NCBI GenBank assembly: GCA_019057385.1
Contig: JAHQJS010000008.1
Coordinates: 64,001-128,000, forward strand
From: Candidatus Borrarchaeum weybense
GTDB taxonomy: Archaea > Asgardarchaeota > Sifarchaeia > Borrarchaeales > Borrarchaeaceae
Length of the DNA stretch: 64,000 nt
Direction of reading: 5' to 3'
Within the stretch, counting starts at the first letter, position 1, and each line of letters begins with the position of its first letter. Both the position numbers and the translations under genes were made by a program. Shown here one piece after another: positions 41,131 to 50,773 of this stretch. The notes under the pieces are model-generated. The model was not told the DNA's origin. It saw nothing but the letters and a program-made list of their open reading frames with translations, and ran no database searches.

Positions 41131-44100
41131 ATTAAGATAGAAAACCTTCCACTTCCTAAAGAAGCTTTGGACCTATTAAAAGATCATGGACTCGTGGATC
41201 TTTATCCACCACAAGCAGATGCGATTCAAGGAGGTGTCCTTGATGGAGACAACATGTTATTAGCATGTCCAACAGCTTCTGGAAAAACGTTGATTGCAGA
41301 ATTAGCAATGCTGAAGCATATTCTAGAATGGAATGGTAAGGTAATCTATCTCGTTCCACTGAAAGCCTTAGCTTCTGAGAAGAAAGAAGAGTTCCAAAAA
41401 TATGAAGCTTTAGGAATAAAAACAATAGTAAGTACTGGGGATTTTGATACCAAGGATCAATGGTTGAAAAATTTCGATATAATAATCTGTTCTAACGAGA
41501 AAACTGATTCATTATTACGACATCAGGTTTCTTGGATGAAAGATATTTCACTTATTGTAAGTGATGAAGTTCATCTCATTACCGATCCAAGTCGAGGTCC
41601 AACACTTGAAGTAGTCCTGTCTAAACTAAGACAAATAAATCCAGAAGCTCAACTTCTTGCACTTTCTGCAACTATAAAGAATGCGAACGAAATTGCAGAG
41701 TGGTTAAATGCTAAATTAATTCTGAGCGAATGGAGACCTGTAATCTTACGAGAGGGGGTTTATTACAACGGAACAATTGAGTTTGAAGATGGAGAATTAG
41801 AAGAAATCACAGCCACATCCATAAAACCGGAAAAAATTAGCAAAAGAAAAACAACAGCCAAAAAAAGAAAGAAAAAAACAAGACAAACTATTGATGACCC
41901 CATGATAAACTTGTTAAGAGATATACTACGTAAAAATGGACAGATGATAGTTTTTACAAATACAAGAAAATCGACAATGTCATTAGCTTCTAAATTAGCG
42001 AGATCTATACTAGATTTTTTGACAGATGAAAACAGAGATGTATTCAAAAGTATCAACGAAGAAATCTTGTCTACGGGGGCAGACACTTCATTACGAGCAC
42101 GTTTAGCGCAGACAGTTTTAGGAGGAGTAGCATTTCATCATGCTGGGATGGATTATCGGCATAGAAGGATAGTAGAGGCTTACTTCAAAGAAAGAATCAT
42201 TTTTGCAATTTGTGCAACTCCGACACTTTGTCTTTCTCCTGAAACTAAGATATGGCATGGAATATTTGAAACAAAAGTGCCCGATTTCAAAACTTCCAAT
42301 CCACTCTTTGCATTATCCCAGAATAAATTAATTTCAATAAAAGCATCTCATGTTTACGATCTTGCTAATTTTTCCCCGTTAATTCAAATATCATCTGTTT
42401 CAGGTTATTCAATTAGAGTAACTCCTAACCACAAAATGCTAGTTAAAAGAAATAATCGGCCAATGATTATTCAAGCTTGTCAAATTGTCAAAACAGATAA
42501 AATTGCCACAATAGGGAAATTATCCCTCAAGGAAACTTATTATTGTAATATCGATGATTTTGTTATAGATAACAGACATAACGTTACTAAACACGAAATT
42601 GATCACGATTTAGCATACTTTGTTGGACTGATGCTGGGAGATGGTTACTCTGGTGCAGAAACAAAAGAAGGTTTAATTTTTTATAAAGGCTCACCATCAA
42701 TTGTTGGATTAGATGATGAAATATTTTCACATGTAGAAAAGGTCTGTTATAAACTGAATATTAGTTGCAGGAAATCAATAAACTCATTCGACACACCTAT
42801 GCTTATTTTAGGGAAAAACAAATGGTTTCGAGAATTTTTAGTTAGATGCGGAGTTGAAAAAGGAGATCAGAAATATATTAATTCTGCTCTTATGAAAATG
42901 AATCTAGAAAAAACATCTTCTTTGCTAAGTGGTCTCTTTGATAGTGACGGATATGTCAACAAAGGAAGAAACATAGGGTTTAGTAATACATCAGAAAAGC
43001 TTGTGAAGCAAGTAAAAAAACTACTTCTGAGATTTGGAATAGTAAGCCGTCTTAGAAAACGAAAAGGTAGTTCAATAAAACTTCATAAAAAGGAATATGA
43101 AACAAAACCATGTTATGAACTAATAATCGCTCAGACACAGAGTTTATTAGACTTTCACAATTATATTAAGTTCAATGTTTCGAGAAAACAAAAAGAACTT
43201 AGTTCATTAATAGCAAAAATCAAATCAAATGTTCTGCATATATCCTGTTCAAAATGTAACTATAAGATTTTTAGATCTCTTTTTTCTGGCCGAACCGAGA
43301 AACAGAAAGAATGGGGAGAATTAAAGCATTCAATAATCTGTCTCTTGGGTAAGCAAGGGGAACTTGGGTCAAATGAAATTGAGAAAATCTTAGGTAAAAA
43401 ACCTAGAAAGAAAGATAATCGAATAAACCAACATTATGAATTAATCAATAAACGGAAGATTGGTAGTGTTAGCAAGATCGAGTGGTTTTGGAGTCTTAAT
43501 GAAATCGGTAAATGGATTTTCACAAATTTTCTTGTTAACGATAGAAATTTCGATGATTTTTTCAATTTAAAACATTGTCCTTTATGTGGAACAAGATTTG
43601 AAGGTAAAATAAGAGGTAACTGGAGAACTAATGATTTTTATGGTGATATCTTTTGGGATATCATTCGAGAAATTAAGTATGTCAAATCAAGCCAACGTGT
43701 TTTCGATATTGTTTTACCAAATCTTCCTGAAAATGATCATCTGTTTGTAGCAAACGGGTTTATTGTTCATAACTCAGCAGGTCTCAACCTTCCAGCAAGA
43801 CGAGTTGTAATAAGAGATTATAAGAGATACAGTTTTAGTAGAGTAAGATTGGGAAACCTAGTAGAAATACCTGTATTAGAGTATAAACAAATGGCAGGTA
43901 GAGCTGGAAGACCAAAGTTTGATACTGTTGGCGAAGCCATTCTAATTTCCAAGTCAGAAGAAGAAAAAGATGAACTAATGGAACGCTATATAAAAGGGGA
44001 TACTGAAAGAATTACCTCAAAACTTGCAGCGCTATCTTCTCTGAGAAGTCATCTTTTAGGTATTATTGCCACTGGTTTTGTTGATACAGAGGGTGACATT

Positions 44101-44970
44101 TACAAGTTTTTAGAGAGTACCTTTTATGGTCATCAATACTCAATGGAAGAAATTTCAGCAATAATTTCTGATGTGATTGGCTTTTTAATTACAGAGCAGT
44201 TGATTGAATATAAGAATGGGAAAATTATTCCAACCAAATTTGGTAAACGGGTTTCGAATCTTTACATAGATCCCTATTCAGGTGCTATAATCAAAAACAC
44301 ACTTCAAGATTCGCTAGACAGAACTTTAACCGATTTAGGTCTCCTTCACCTCATTTGCTCAACGCCAAACATGCTTCAGTTCTATCTGAGAAAGAAAGAC
44401 TACGCTGAAATGTTGTTCTTTGTAGAGGATAACTATAATGAATTGTTAATCGATGTACCAGATGAATACGATCCCGATTTTGAGTTTTTTTTGTCCAATA
44501 TTAAGACAGCCAAAGTATTACTTGACTGGATTGATGAAGTAGAGGAAGAAGATTTATCTATGCGCTATTCTGTAAGTTCTGGCGATTTATTTAATTTGAC
44601 AGAAGCAGCAGATTGGTTGCTTTATGCAACCCTAGAGATAGCAAAACTTTTCAAGTTAAAAGAACCACGAAAACTAGTTAAAACTCTCCGAACTAGAGTA
44701 AAATATGGCATAAAAGAAGAACTTGCAGAATTAGTCAACATTAAAGGTGTTGGGAGAAAAAGAGGGCGTTTATTGTATAAAAACGGAATTAAAACAATAG
44801 AAGATCTCAAAAAAGCTCCGATTAAGAAGTTGTTAAATATACCAACTCTAGGTAAATCGCTTCTTAGAGATATCTTTCAACAAATAGGACGTGAATTCGA
44901 TACATCAGGTTTAGCACCAGAAGAAATCGAAAATAAAAAACCTAGTCAAACTCGTTTAACTTCTTTCTAA
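41131..44970 (+). CDS. hel308: Hel308/Hjm Ski2-like helicase with one intein
   Basis: PTASGKT, DEVH, QMAGRAGRP, C-terminal HhH; start extended to ATT 41131 (track start 41167). Confidence 0.93.
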   Translation: MKIENLPLPKEALDLLKDHGLVDLYPPQADAIQGGVLDGDNMLLACPTASGKTLIAELAMLKHILEWNGKVIYLVPLKALASEKKEEFQKYEALGIKTIVSTGDFDTKDQWLKNFDIIICSNEKTDSLLRHQVSWMKDISLIVSDEVHLITDPSRGPTLEVVLSKLRQINPEAQLLALSATIKNANEIAEWLNAKLILSEWRPVILREGVYYNGTIEFEDGELEEITATSIKPEKISKRKTTAKKRKKKTRQTIDDPMINLLRDILRKNGQMIVFTNTRKSTMSLASKLARSILDFLTDENRDVFKSINEEILSTGADTSLRARLAQTVLGGVAFHHAGMDYRHRRIVEAYFKERIIFAICATPTLCLSPETKIWHGIFETKVPDFKTSNPLFALSQNKLISIKASHVYDLANFSPLIQISSVSGYSIRVTPNHKMLVKRNNRPMIIQACQIVKTDKIATIGKLSLKETYYCNIDDFVIDNRHNVTKHEIDHDLAYFVGLMLGDGYSGAETKEGLIFYKGSPSIVGLDDEIFSHVEKVCYKLNISCRKSINSFDTPMLILGKNKWFREFLVRCGVEKGDQKYINSALMKMNLEKTSSLLSGLFDSDGYVNKGRNIGFSNTSEKLVKQVKKLLLRFGIVSRLRKRKGSSIKLHKKEYETKPCYELIIAQTQSLLDFHNYIKFNVSRKQKELSSLIAKIKSNVLHISCSKCNYKIFRSLFSGRTEKQKEWGELKHSIICLLGKQGELGSNEIEKILGKKPRKKDNRINQHYELINKRKIGSVSKIEWFWSLNEIGKWIFTNFLVNDRNFDDFFNLKHCPLCGTRFEGKIRGNWRTNDFYGDIFWDIIREIKYVKSSQRVFDIVLPNLPENDHLFVANGFIVHNSAGLNLPARRVVIRDYKRYSFSRVRLGNLVEIPVLEYKQMAGRAGRPKFDTVGEAILISKSEEEKDELMERYIKGDTERITSKLAALSSLRSHLLGIIATGFVDTEGDIYKFLESTFYGHQYSMEEISAIISDVIGFLITEQLIEYKNGKIIPTKFGKRVSNLYIDPYSGAIIKNTLQDSLDRTLTDLGLLHLICSTPNMLQFYLRKKDYAEMLFFVEDNYNELLIDVPDEYDPDFEFFLSNIKTAKVLLDWIDEVEEEDLSMRYSVSSGDLFNLTEAADWLLYATLEIAKLFKLKEPRKLVKTLRTRVKYGIKEELAELVNIKGVGRKRGRLLYKNGIKTIEDLKKAPIKKLLNIPTLGKSLLRDIFQQIGREFDTSGLAPEEIENKKPSQTRLTSF
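42229..43773 (+). mobile_element. Hel308 intein (515 aa, LAGLIDADG)
   Basis: ATPTL|CLSPET ... IVHN|SAGLNLPA; VGLMLGDG and LSGLFDSDG. Confidence 0.93.
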
Positions 44971-45138
44971 TATTTTGTTCATCTCAATAGAAATCTTGTA
45001 TTTTGCAAGAACCTAAAAAATAATCCTTATAGTAATGTTTATCATAAATTTATTAAATAGTGTCTCCTATTGAAGAAATACTCTCTTAATACCATTTTCT
45101 ATGTATTTGGAAAGTTTTCACCTAGCAAACTATTGTAA

Positions 45139-46215
45139 ATGGTGGAATCTGTGACAACAGGAATCGTTTATTCACCAGAATATCTTGAACATATACCTAC
45201 CCGCTCTACCCATCCTGAAGCAAGAAGAAGACTAATTTTGATTAAGCAAATTTTAGATGAATATAATGTGTTTGCTAATCCATTAATTCAATTAATTGAG
45301 CCAAAAACAGCAACTCCAGAAGATGTGCTAGCCGTACATTCTGAAAAACTCTTCGAGCTTGTGAAACACACATCAGAAGAAGGTGGAGGTTATCTTGACC
45401 CAGATACAGTAGCATCACAAAGAACTTTTGAGATAGCGTTACTTGCTGCAGGTGGTGTAATAGAAGCTGTCGAACAATGTGTTCAAGGAACAGTTGAAAA
45501 CTCTTTTGCAATAATACGCCCTCCTGGACACCATGCGACGAAAAAAAGAGCAATGGGGTTCTGTTTTTTCAATAATGTTGCTATTGCGGCGAATTATCTT
45601 CTGAAAAACCATGAAATGGATAGAGTTGCCATTTTGGATATTGATAGTCATCATGGAAATGGAACGCAAGACATTTTTTACGATTCATCAGAAGTGCTAT
45701 ATATCTCACTCCATCAAGATCCGTTGACTTGTTATCCTGGAACGGGCTATATTGAAGATCTTGGAGTTGGAAAAGGTCTTGGGTACAATGTAAACATTCC
45801 TCTGCGCCCTTTAACAACTGATGAACCGTATCTCTATGCTGTCAATGAAATTGCTGTTCCTATAATTGATCAATTCGAACCAGAGTTCATTTTAGTCTCT
45901 GCGGGCTATGATACTTACTATCGTGATCCTCTCACACATATGGCATTAACAACATATGCTTACAAAGAAATTTTCCGTACTGTTAAAGAACTTTCAACAA
46001 AATGCAAAAATAATGCTTTTGTTACAGCGCTTGAGGGAGGATACAGTCAAAGAGGTTTACAGATGGGTGTGTTAATTTCTATTTCTGAGATGGCAGGGCT
46101 TGGTATTGAGGTCGAAGAAGCACCTCCAGAAGAGAATCACGATATTAATTATGAATACACCCAAAAAATTGTAGCAAAACTCAAGAACTCTCTCTCTGCG
46201 TTTTGGAACTTCTAA
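45139..46215 (+). CDS. Histone deacetylase family protein
   Basis: HPE, RPPGHHA, GFCFFNN, DIDSHHGNGTQ, LEGGY. Confidence 0.94.
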   Translation: MVESVTTGIVYSPEYLEHIPTRSTHPEARRRLILIKQILDEYNVFANPLIQLIEPKTATPEDVLAVHSEKLFELVKHTSEEGGGYLDPDTVASQRTFEIALLAAGGVIEAVEQCVQGTVENSFAIIRPPGHHATKKRAMGFCFFNNVAIAANYLLKNHEMDRVAILDIDSHHGNGTQDIFYDSSEVLYISLHQDPLTCYPGTGYIEDLGVGKGLGYNVNIPLRPLTTDEPYLYAVNEIAVPIIDQFEPEFILVSAGYDTYYRDPLTHMALTTYAYKEIFRTVKELSTKCKNNAFVTALEGGYSQRGLQMGVLISISEMAGLGIEVEEAPPEENHDINYEYTQKIVAKLKNSLSAFWNF

Positions 46216-46218
46216 ATT

Positions 46219-46794
46219 TCACCAAATACAATACTTCTCATAGATTTTTGTAGGATATACAATAATCCACGGAACTATAATATCCCATGCTGATTGCACG
46301 GTATTCAGTATCAATACATATACTACAATTTCCATCAAAGGAGTTCCAAAAAGCAAACCAACGACAGCTACAACTAATGGAAGCATTATAGCAATTCTTA
46401 CAAGAGTTGCGATTATTCCAGAACCAAACCAAAGTTTTGTGGAGGCAAAGTCGCTCCCAGAACACGATTCATTTTTTTTCGTGATTCTTAATGCTAAATA
46501 TGGAATTATCATCATTGGAAGTGTAGCTGCTAACTTCATAAATGGTCCAATAGGGGCAAATGGGTCAAAAAACATTAAACCCATGGTTCCTGCTACACTA
46601 CAGATTATCCCTGAACGAATACCAAAAATCAGAAAGCAGACCATCCAGACAATGCTGATTGGATCAAAGAGAGCGATGCCCCATGGTAATCTTGGAATAA
46701 AAGCAGCGGAAAATGAAACTACTATTGATAATGCACCAAATAATGCCGCGCCAGCAATTTCTAAAGTGGGGGAATAATATACTTTTGTGCCCAT
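46219..46794 (-). CDS. Membrane protein, probable ECF S component
   Basis: 5-6 TM helices, FDPISI motif, GPFMKLAAT. Confidence 0.65.
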   Translation of the reverse strand: MGTKVYYSPTLEIAGAALFGALSIVVSFSAAFIPRLPWGIALFDPISIVWMVCFLIFGIRSGIICSVAGTMGLMFFDPFAPIGPFMKLAATLPMMIIPYLALRITKKNESCSGSDFASTKLWFGSGIIATLVRIAIMLPLVVAVVGLLFGTPLMEIVVYVLILNTVQSAWDIIVPWIIVYPTKIYEKYCIW

Positions 46795-46969
46795 AAGTAA
46801 TACATCCTAAATTCTTGAAGCAGCAGAGATAGAAGTTGCCTAATAAAGTTTGTGTTTCTACTCACGAATGAGTAGGAAAAATCTCATATCAAATAAAAAT
46901 CCTTAAATATACCCACATTTTGCCATAAGTACGCACTTCTATATAATCTTAAATATGGGGCTGATTACT

Positions 46970-47106
46970 GGGGCCACCCCTATTCACAAAGAATATGGGC
47001 TCTATGTGGTCTAGCATGGTATGATTCCCGCCCGGGGCGCGGGAGATCCTGGGTTCAAAAAATAGGGACTCATTGTCTTTATTTGAATTTCCTGGCGGCC
47101 CCACCA
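46970..47106 (+). tRNA. tRNA-Pro(GGG) with introns at 6/7 (46976-47005) and 59/60 (47060-47089)
   Basis: Removing two 30-nt hairpin introns gives a full cloverleaf GGGGCC|GTGGTCTAG...TTCAAA|TCCTGGCGGCCCCACCA. Confidence 0.85.
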
Positions 47107-47155
47107 TCACCCATTTCCCACTGCAATGTAGATATGAGTATAGTAGGTTAAATCT

Positions 47156-47443
47156 ATGAGTTTATCAGAAAAAGAAGTGGAGCATATTGCAGAACTCGCA
47201 AAAATAAAAATCACGGAAAAAGAAAAGAAACAATTCACAAAACAGTTCAATGAAATTTTGCAATTCTTTCATCAACTAGATGAGATTGATATCTCATTGA
47301 TTAAGCCTACTTTTCATGTAGTTGATATTAAGAATAGGTTTCGAGATGATAACATAGAACCTACGCTTTCAAGCGACGAAACGCTTAAGAATGCTCCAAA
47401 AACAGAAAAGAACTTTGTTAAAGCACCAAAATTGTTCGATTGA
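47156..47443 (+). CDS. gatC: Asp/Glu-tRNA amidotransferase subunit C
   Basis: EVEHIAELAKI, FRDD, NAP..E.NFVKAPK. Confidence 0.92.
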   Translation: MSLSEKEVEHIAELAKIKITEKEKKQFTKQFNEILQFFHQLDEIDISLIKPTFHVVDIKNRFRDDNIEPTLSSDETLKNAPKTEKNFVKAPKLFD

Positions 47444-47476
47444 TGAGTTACCGTTTTTTTGTAAAAAAATAGCCTC

Positions 47477-47770
47477 TTAAGATTTCACAGCCTCTTGAAA
47501 TTTAGTTAGTACTTCATTGCAAAGCTCAGACAGTTTGTCAGAAGCCTCAATAAGTGCTTCAGTTGGTGTTTTCTGTTCATTTGTTTTAATATAGAAGATT
47601 GGATTTGCATGAGTTGGATGATCAATCTTGTATGAAACAAATTCTACATTATCATCCTCTAGTAATATGTTTCGTAATGCATTGCACAGTGTATGATCCT
47701 CACCTTCGATTTCAAATTCAAGACTATTGCTCTTTATCTTCATATCTAAAATATTTACTTTCATTTCCAT
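47477..47770 (-). CDS. rpoL: RNA polymerase subunit L (Rpo11)
   Basis: GEDHTLCNALR, SYKIDHP. Confidence 0.94.
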   Translation of the reverse strand: MEMKVNILDMKIKSNSLEFEIEGEDHTLCNALRNILLEDDNVEFVSYKIDHPTHANPIFYIKTNEQKTPTEALIEASDKLSELCNEVLTKFQEAVKS

Positions 47771-47885
47771 CACCTACTAATGCCCTTCAATAAGGAGTGA
47801 CATAAGAATGACCATAAAAATTCTGTAATTCATGAAATTCTTCTTAATATGACTTTAATCAACTATTCATAAATATGACGCAAGG

Positions 47886-49115
47886 TTACTCCCTGTTTAC
47901 GGGGGAGAGGAATTGCGTTCTAAACGATATGCGTGTGAGTATAGTACATTCTTCTTTCTTACCGTTTTGTGTCAGACGTTTACCAGTCTCTGCACTGTGC
48001 AGGCTTAATCGCTTGTTGTGGGTATACCCGCCTATATAGCATAACCCATAGTTGCTATGCTTTACTAATGTGCCGCGTTTTAGCCCTAATGAGATTGTTC
48101 CGCCGTATCTCTTTCGTATGCCTCCTTGTGAACAGTTGTACCTATGTAATTGGCGTCTGTGGAATTGTAACGGAGTTACATAGTACAGACTTTTTGTGGT
48201 AGGATATTGTGTTCCGGTTATGGCGGCGGCTATTACCCAAGCGTCTATACAATGGGTCTCAAATATCGGTTTTGATTTACTTTTCTTCTTTTTTAATCCC
48301 AATAGTTCTCTCAACTTCTTTGTTTCGTTGCCTTGCGCTAGTATTACGGTTAGCTTCAGTTTTTGGAGTTCAGTATAGAAATACAACTTACCTACTTCTA
48401 ATGGGCTAAAATTGGTATTCCATCTCTTCTGATAGTTCTTTGTAACAACTTTAATATCTTCTACCACCGCATATTTGATAGGGATTATTGTGCATAATTG
48501 AGTGATAATTCTCAGTTTGGCATCCCAGCGGGCTTTGGTTGAAGGCGGTATTCTTGTCTGGTTTTTTAATCTGTTTTTCTTGCATTTCCTTCGGCGAGTT
48601 TTTCTTTTTCTTCGCGTCCTTCGTGCATTTCGCCTTTGTGCCACCTTCTTTTTCACCCAAGTTACCGCCTCAGACATAATATTGACTACGGTCTCAACAT
48701 TTCCAACGACTGAGAAGCCTTCGAATTTCGTGCCCGGATCTACGCCGATGGCCAGTGGTTGTGTGACGGGGAGTTTAGGATCGAAATGTAACTGGATATA
48801 GAATAAGCCCAGTTTGTTGCGTTTCTTAGTGGCTTTATTTTGTGCTAAGAGTTTTCTGGCTTTCGAAGATGTACAGGGCATTAATGGGGTGCCATTTTTG
48901 CTGATGACAGGAACTCTACCGATTGCGGTCTCCCTGTCAGAGTCGTGTTTCCCTTCGACAAGGTATATCGGGCGTAGTCTATTAGTGGTAGACGTGGAAT
49001 TGAGTGATTCTTCCGAAGTGGGCTGAACTAGGGAGGCATCCAGCCATTCTTGTAGCCCAATACACGTAGTTCTTGCAGAACTTAGTCTAGTCAATTCTTG
49101 CGTTGGTATCACCAT
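47886..49115 (-). CDS. isrB: IsrB (HNH-less IscB homolog)
   Basis: PLMP, RuvC-I IGVDPG, Arg-rich bridge helix, RuvC-II VVEDI, RuvC-III HCIDA; no HNH domain. Confidence 0.9.
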   Translation of the reverse strand: MVIPTQELTRLSSARTTCIGLQEWLDASLVQPTSEESLNSTSTTNRLRPIYLVEGKHDSDRETAIGRVPVISKNGTPLMPCTSSKARKLLAQNKATKKRNKLGLFYIQLHFDPKLPVTQPLAIGVDPGTKFEGFSVVGNVETVVNIMSEAVTWVKKKVAQRRNARRTRRKRKTRRRKCKKNRLKNQTRIPPSTKARWDAKLRIITQLCTIIPIKYAVVEDIKVVTKNYQKRWNTNFSPLEVGKLYFYTELQKLKLTVILAQGNETKKLRELLGLKKKKSKSKPIFETHCIDAWVIAAAITGTQYPTTKSLYYVTPLQFHRRQLHRYNCSQGGIRKRYGGTISLGLKRGTLVKHSNYGLCYIGGYTHNKRLSLHSAETGKRLTQNGKKEECTILTRISFRTQFLSPVNRE

Positions 49116-49149
49116 CCCAAGCCCCGTCCTTCAGGGCGGGGTAATTGAC
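48930..49149 (-). ncRNA. omegaRNA (HEARO-like) scaffold of IsrB; 3' boundary approximate
   Basis: GTCAA..TTGAC stem, TAGACTAAG, CTACGT, TGCCTCCCTAGT and TTGTCGAAGGG motifs upstream of the PLMP domain. Confidence 0.8.
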
Positions 49150-49161
49150 AAATATGACGAA

Positions 49162-49803
49162 CTAGATGCTTTCGTTATCGTCTATATGATTGCTTACGAA
49201 TGCTTTTAAAAAGTTGTTTATGTTGACTGCAAAACTATATCGATCCTCTTCTTTTTTATCTTTTCTGATCATTCCGGATTCTAAAGCACGTTCAAGGATT
49301 GTAAATAGGTCTAAATCACTTATTACCGCAAGAACTGCTAATTGTTCACGGACAACTTTTGGTTTAATAAAAACATCAGTCTCTCTTATCAAAGAGTCTA
49401 AACTATGAATATAGTCAATTATTACCTGAAGTGGGGCATCACTTTTGATGAAATCTGAAGTGGAACTATCTATTTTATACCCTTTGTGTTGAAGCAGTTT
49501 TCGAAGTAATTCTACCCGAATCGTTGCTCCTGCTTCACGAAATAGAAAACCTATTTCGTAATTGAATAAACCCTGCCTATCTGGATAAAGCAGGCCCTTT
49601 GTTTGTTTCTGTATATGTTTAATTTCTGAGATAGCGAGCTTAACGTTTTCGCGCGATCCTGCAAGGCGCAAACGAATGTAACCCGGCTTTGCAGATAGAT
49701 ATAGATCTACAACTTTTATTCTCTCAAGCTGGTTAATAAAAAAAACACGTTCTTCGTTATTGCTAACCCTTATTACCATTTCCTTCTTGTATGTCCTTGC
49801 CAA
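49162..49803 (-). CDS. DUF2067-like conserved archaeal protein
   Basis: Position between csl4 and rpoL; general resemblance only. Confidence 0.6.
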   Translation of the reverse strand: MARTYKKEMVIRVSNNEERVFFINQLERIKVVDLYLSAKPGYIRLRLAGSRENVKLAISEIKHIQKQTKGLLYPDRQGLFNYEIGFLFREAGATIRVELLRKLLQHKGYKIDSSTSDFIKSDAPLQVIIDYIHSLDSLIRETDVFIKPKVVREQLAVLAVISDLDLFTILERALESGMIRKDKKEEDRYSFAVNINNFLKAFVSNHIDDNESI

Positions 49804-49900
49804 TCATTTCACTCTCTTGAGCCTGACCGTTTAAAGGAAAAATAAAATATATGTTAAGCATTAGCATTTGCACTTATTTTTGTTTTAAGTCACTGCAAGC

Positions 49901-50476
49901 TCAAATCGATAAATAATCCTCAGAAATCTTACGTCGTTCGACGTTCTCGCAATCCATACATTTCAATGTTGATCGTCCTTTTCTTTGTAAATACGCCCCA
50001 CATCTTGTACATCTTGCTAATATACAACCAAATTGGTGTCCAACAGTTGATATATAGCATGGTTGTCTTTTGTCGTCTACAACGTGTGCTTTTACAATAT
50101 CACCAATCCGGTATGCATCGGTCATGTTCTCAGTGTAGCTCTCACTTACGCAGCTTATATGCAACGTACCAGTCACTGGGGTATGTAATTCAGTGGAATC
50201 GATCTTTCCGATCGTAAGATCGACAAGTTGCTTTTTGGCATCTGAAACTTTGCCATAAACGATTGCCCCTTTAACAGGAGTGATTGGTTTATTATTTTTT
50301 GCGATGACTGAAATTCGTTTTGTCTTTGTATTGACATTAACATTTCCAATTATACTCGCTAAAATTAATCCGCCTTCTTCATACGTCCCGCTATCGGCAA
50401 TAAATTCTTCAATTACTCCTAGTACATCACCAGGTACTACTAAATCTCCAGAATTGATTTGTTCTTTAACTTTCAT
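49901..50476 (-). CDS. csl4: Exosome RNA-binding subunit Csl4
   Basis: VVPGDVLGVIEEF, S1 domain, C-terminal zinc ribbon ending ERRKIS. Confidence 0.93.
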   Translation of the reverse strand: MKVKEQINSGDLVVPGDVLGVIEEFIADSGTYEEGGLILASIIGNVNVNTKTKRISVIAKNNKPITPVKGAIVYGKVSDAKKQLVDLTIGKIDSTELHTPVTGTLHISCVSESYTENMTDAYRIGDIVKAHVVDDKRQPCYISTVGHQFGCILARCTRCGAYLQRKGRSTLKCMDCENVERRKISEDYLSI

Positions 50477-50773
50477 CTATTTACCTCCTGAAACTGAATC
50501 TAAATTCTCTAAATCCTAACATAAAACAGTTTAAAGAATATGAAAATCGTAAAAGCTGTAATAAGGTAGCTATCCATTCCTTCATAAGCCATTTTCTGGA
50601 TACTTCACATTATCCTGCATTTTTCAATTTTTCCTTCGTGTATGACAATGCAGTTTAATTTTAGAAAAAAACCTTACAAATATTATTAATCTGGTAAACT
50701 CTCTTTTTGCTCTACATGTCGATATATTTTTCTACTAATCACTTCCATAGTCTTTGGTAGCAAAATTTTTGAT

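Larger units (their letters stand above)
47871..49149 (-). mobile_element. IsrB-encoding IS200/IS605 (OMEGA) element, no tnpA
   Basis: Starts GTCAATTACCCCCGCCCTGAAGGACGGGG (terminal hairpin); distal hairpin CTCCC..GGGAG; followed by ATGA. Confidence 0.85.
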
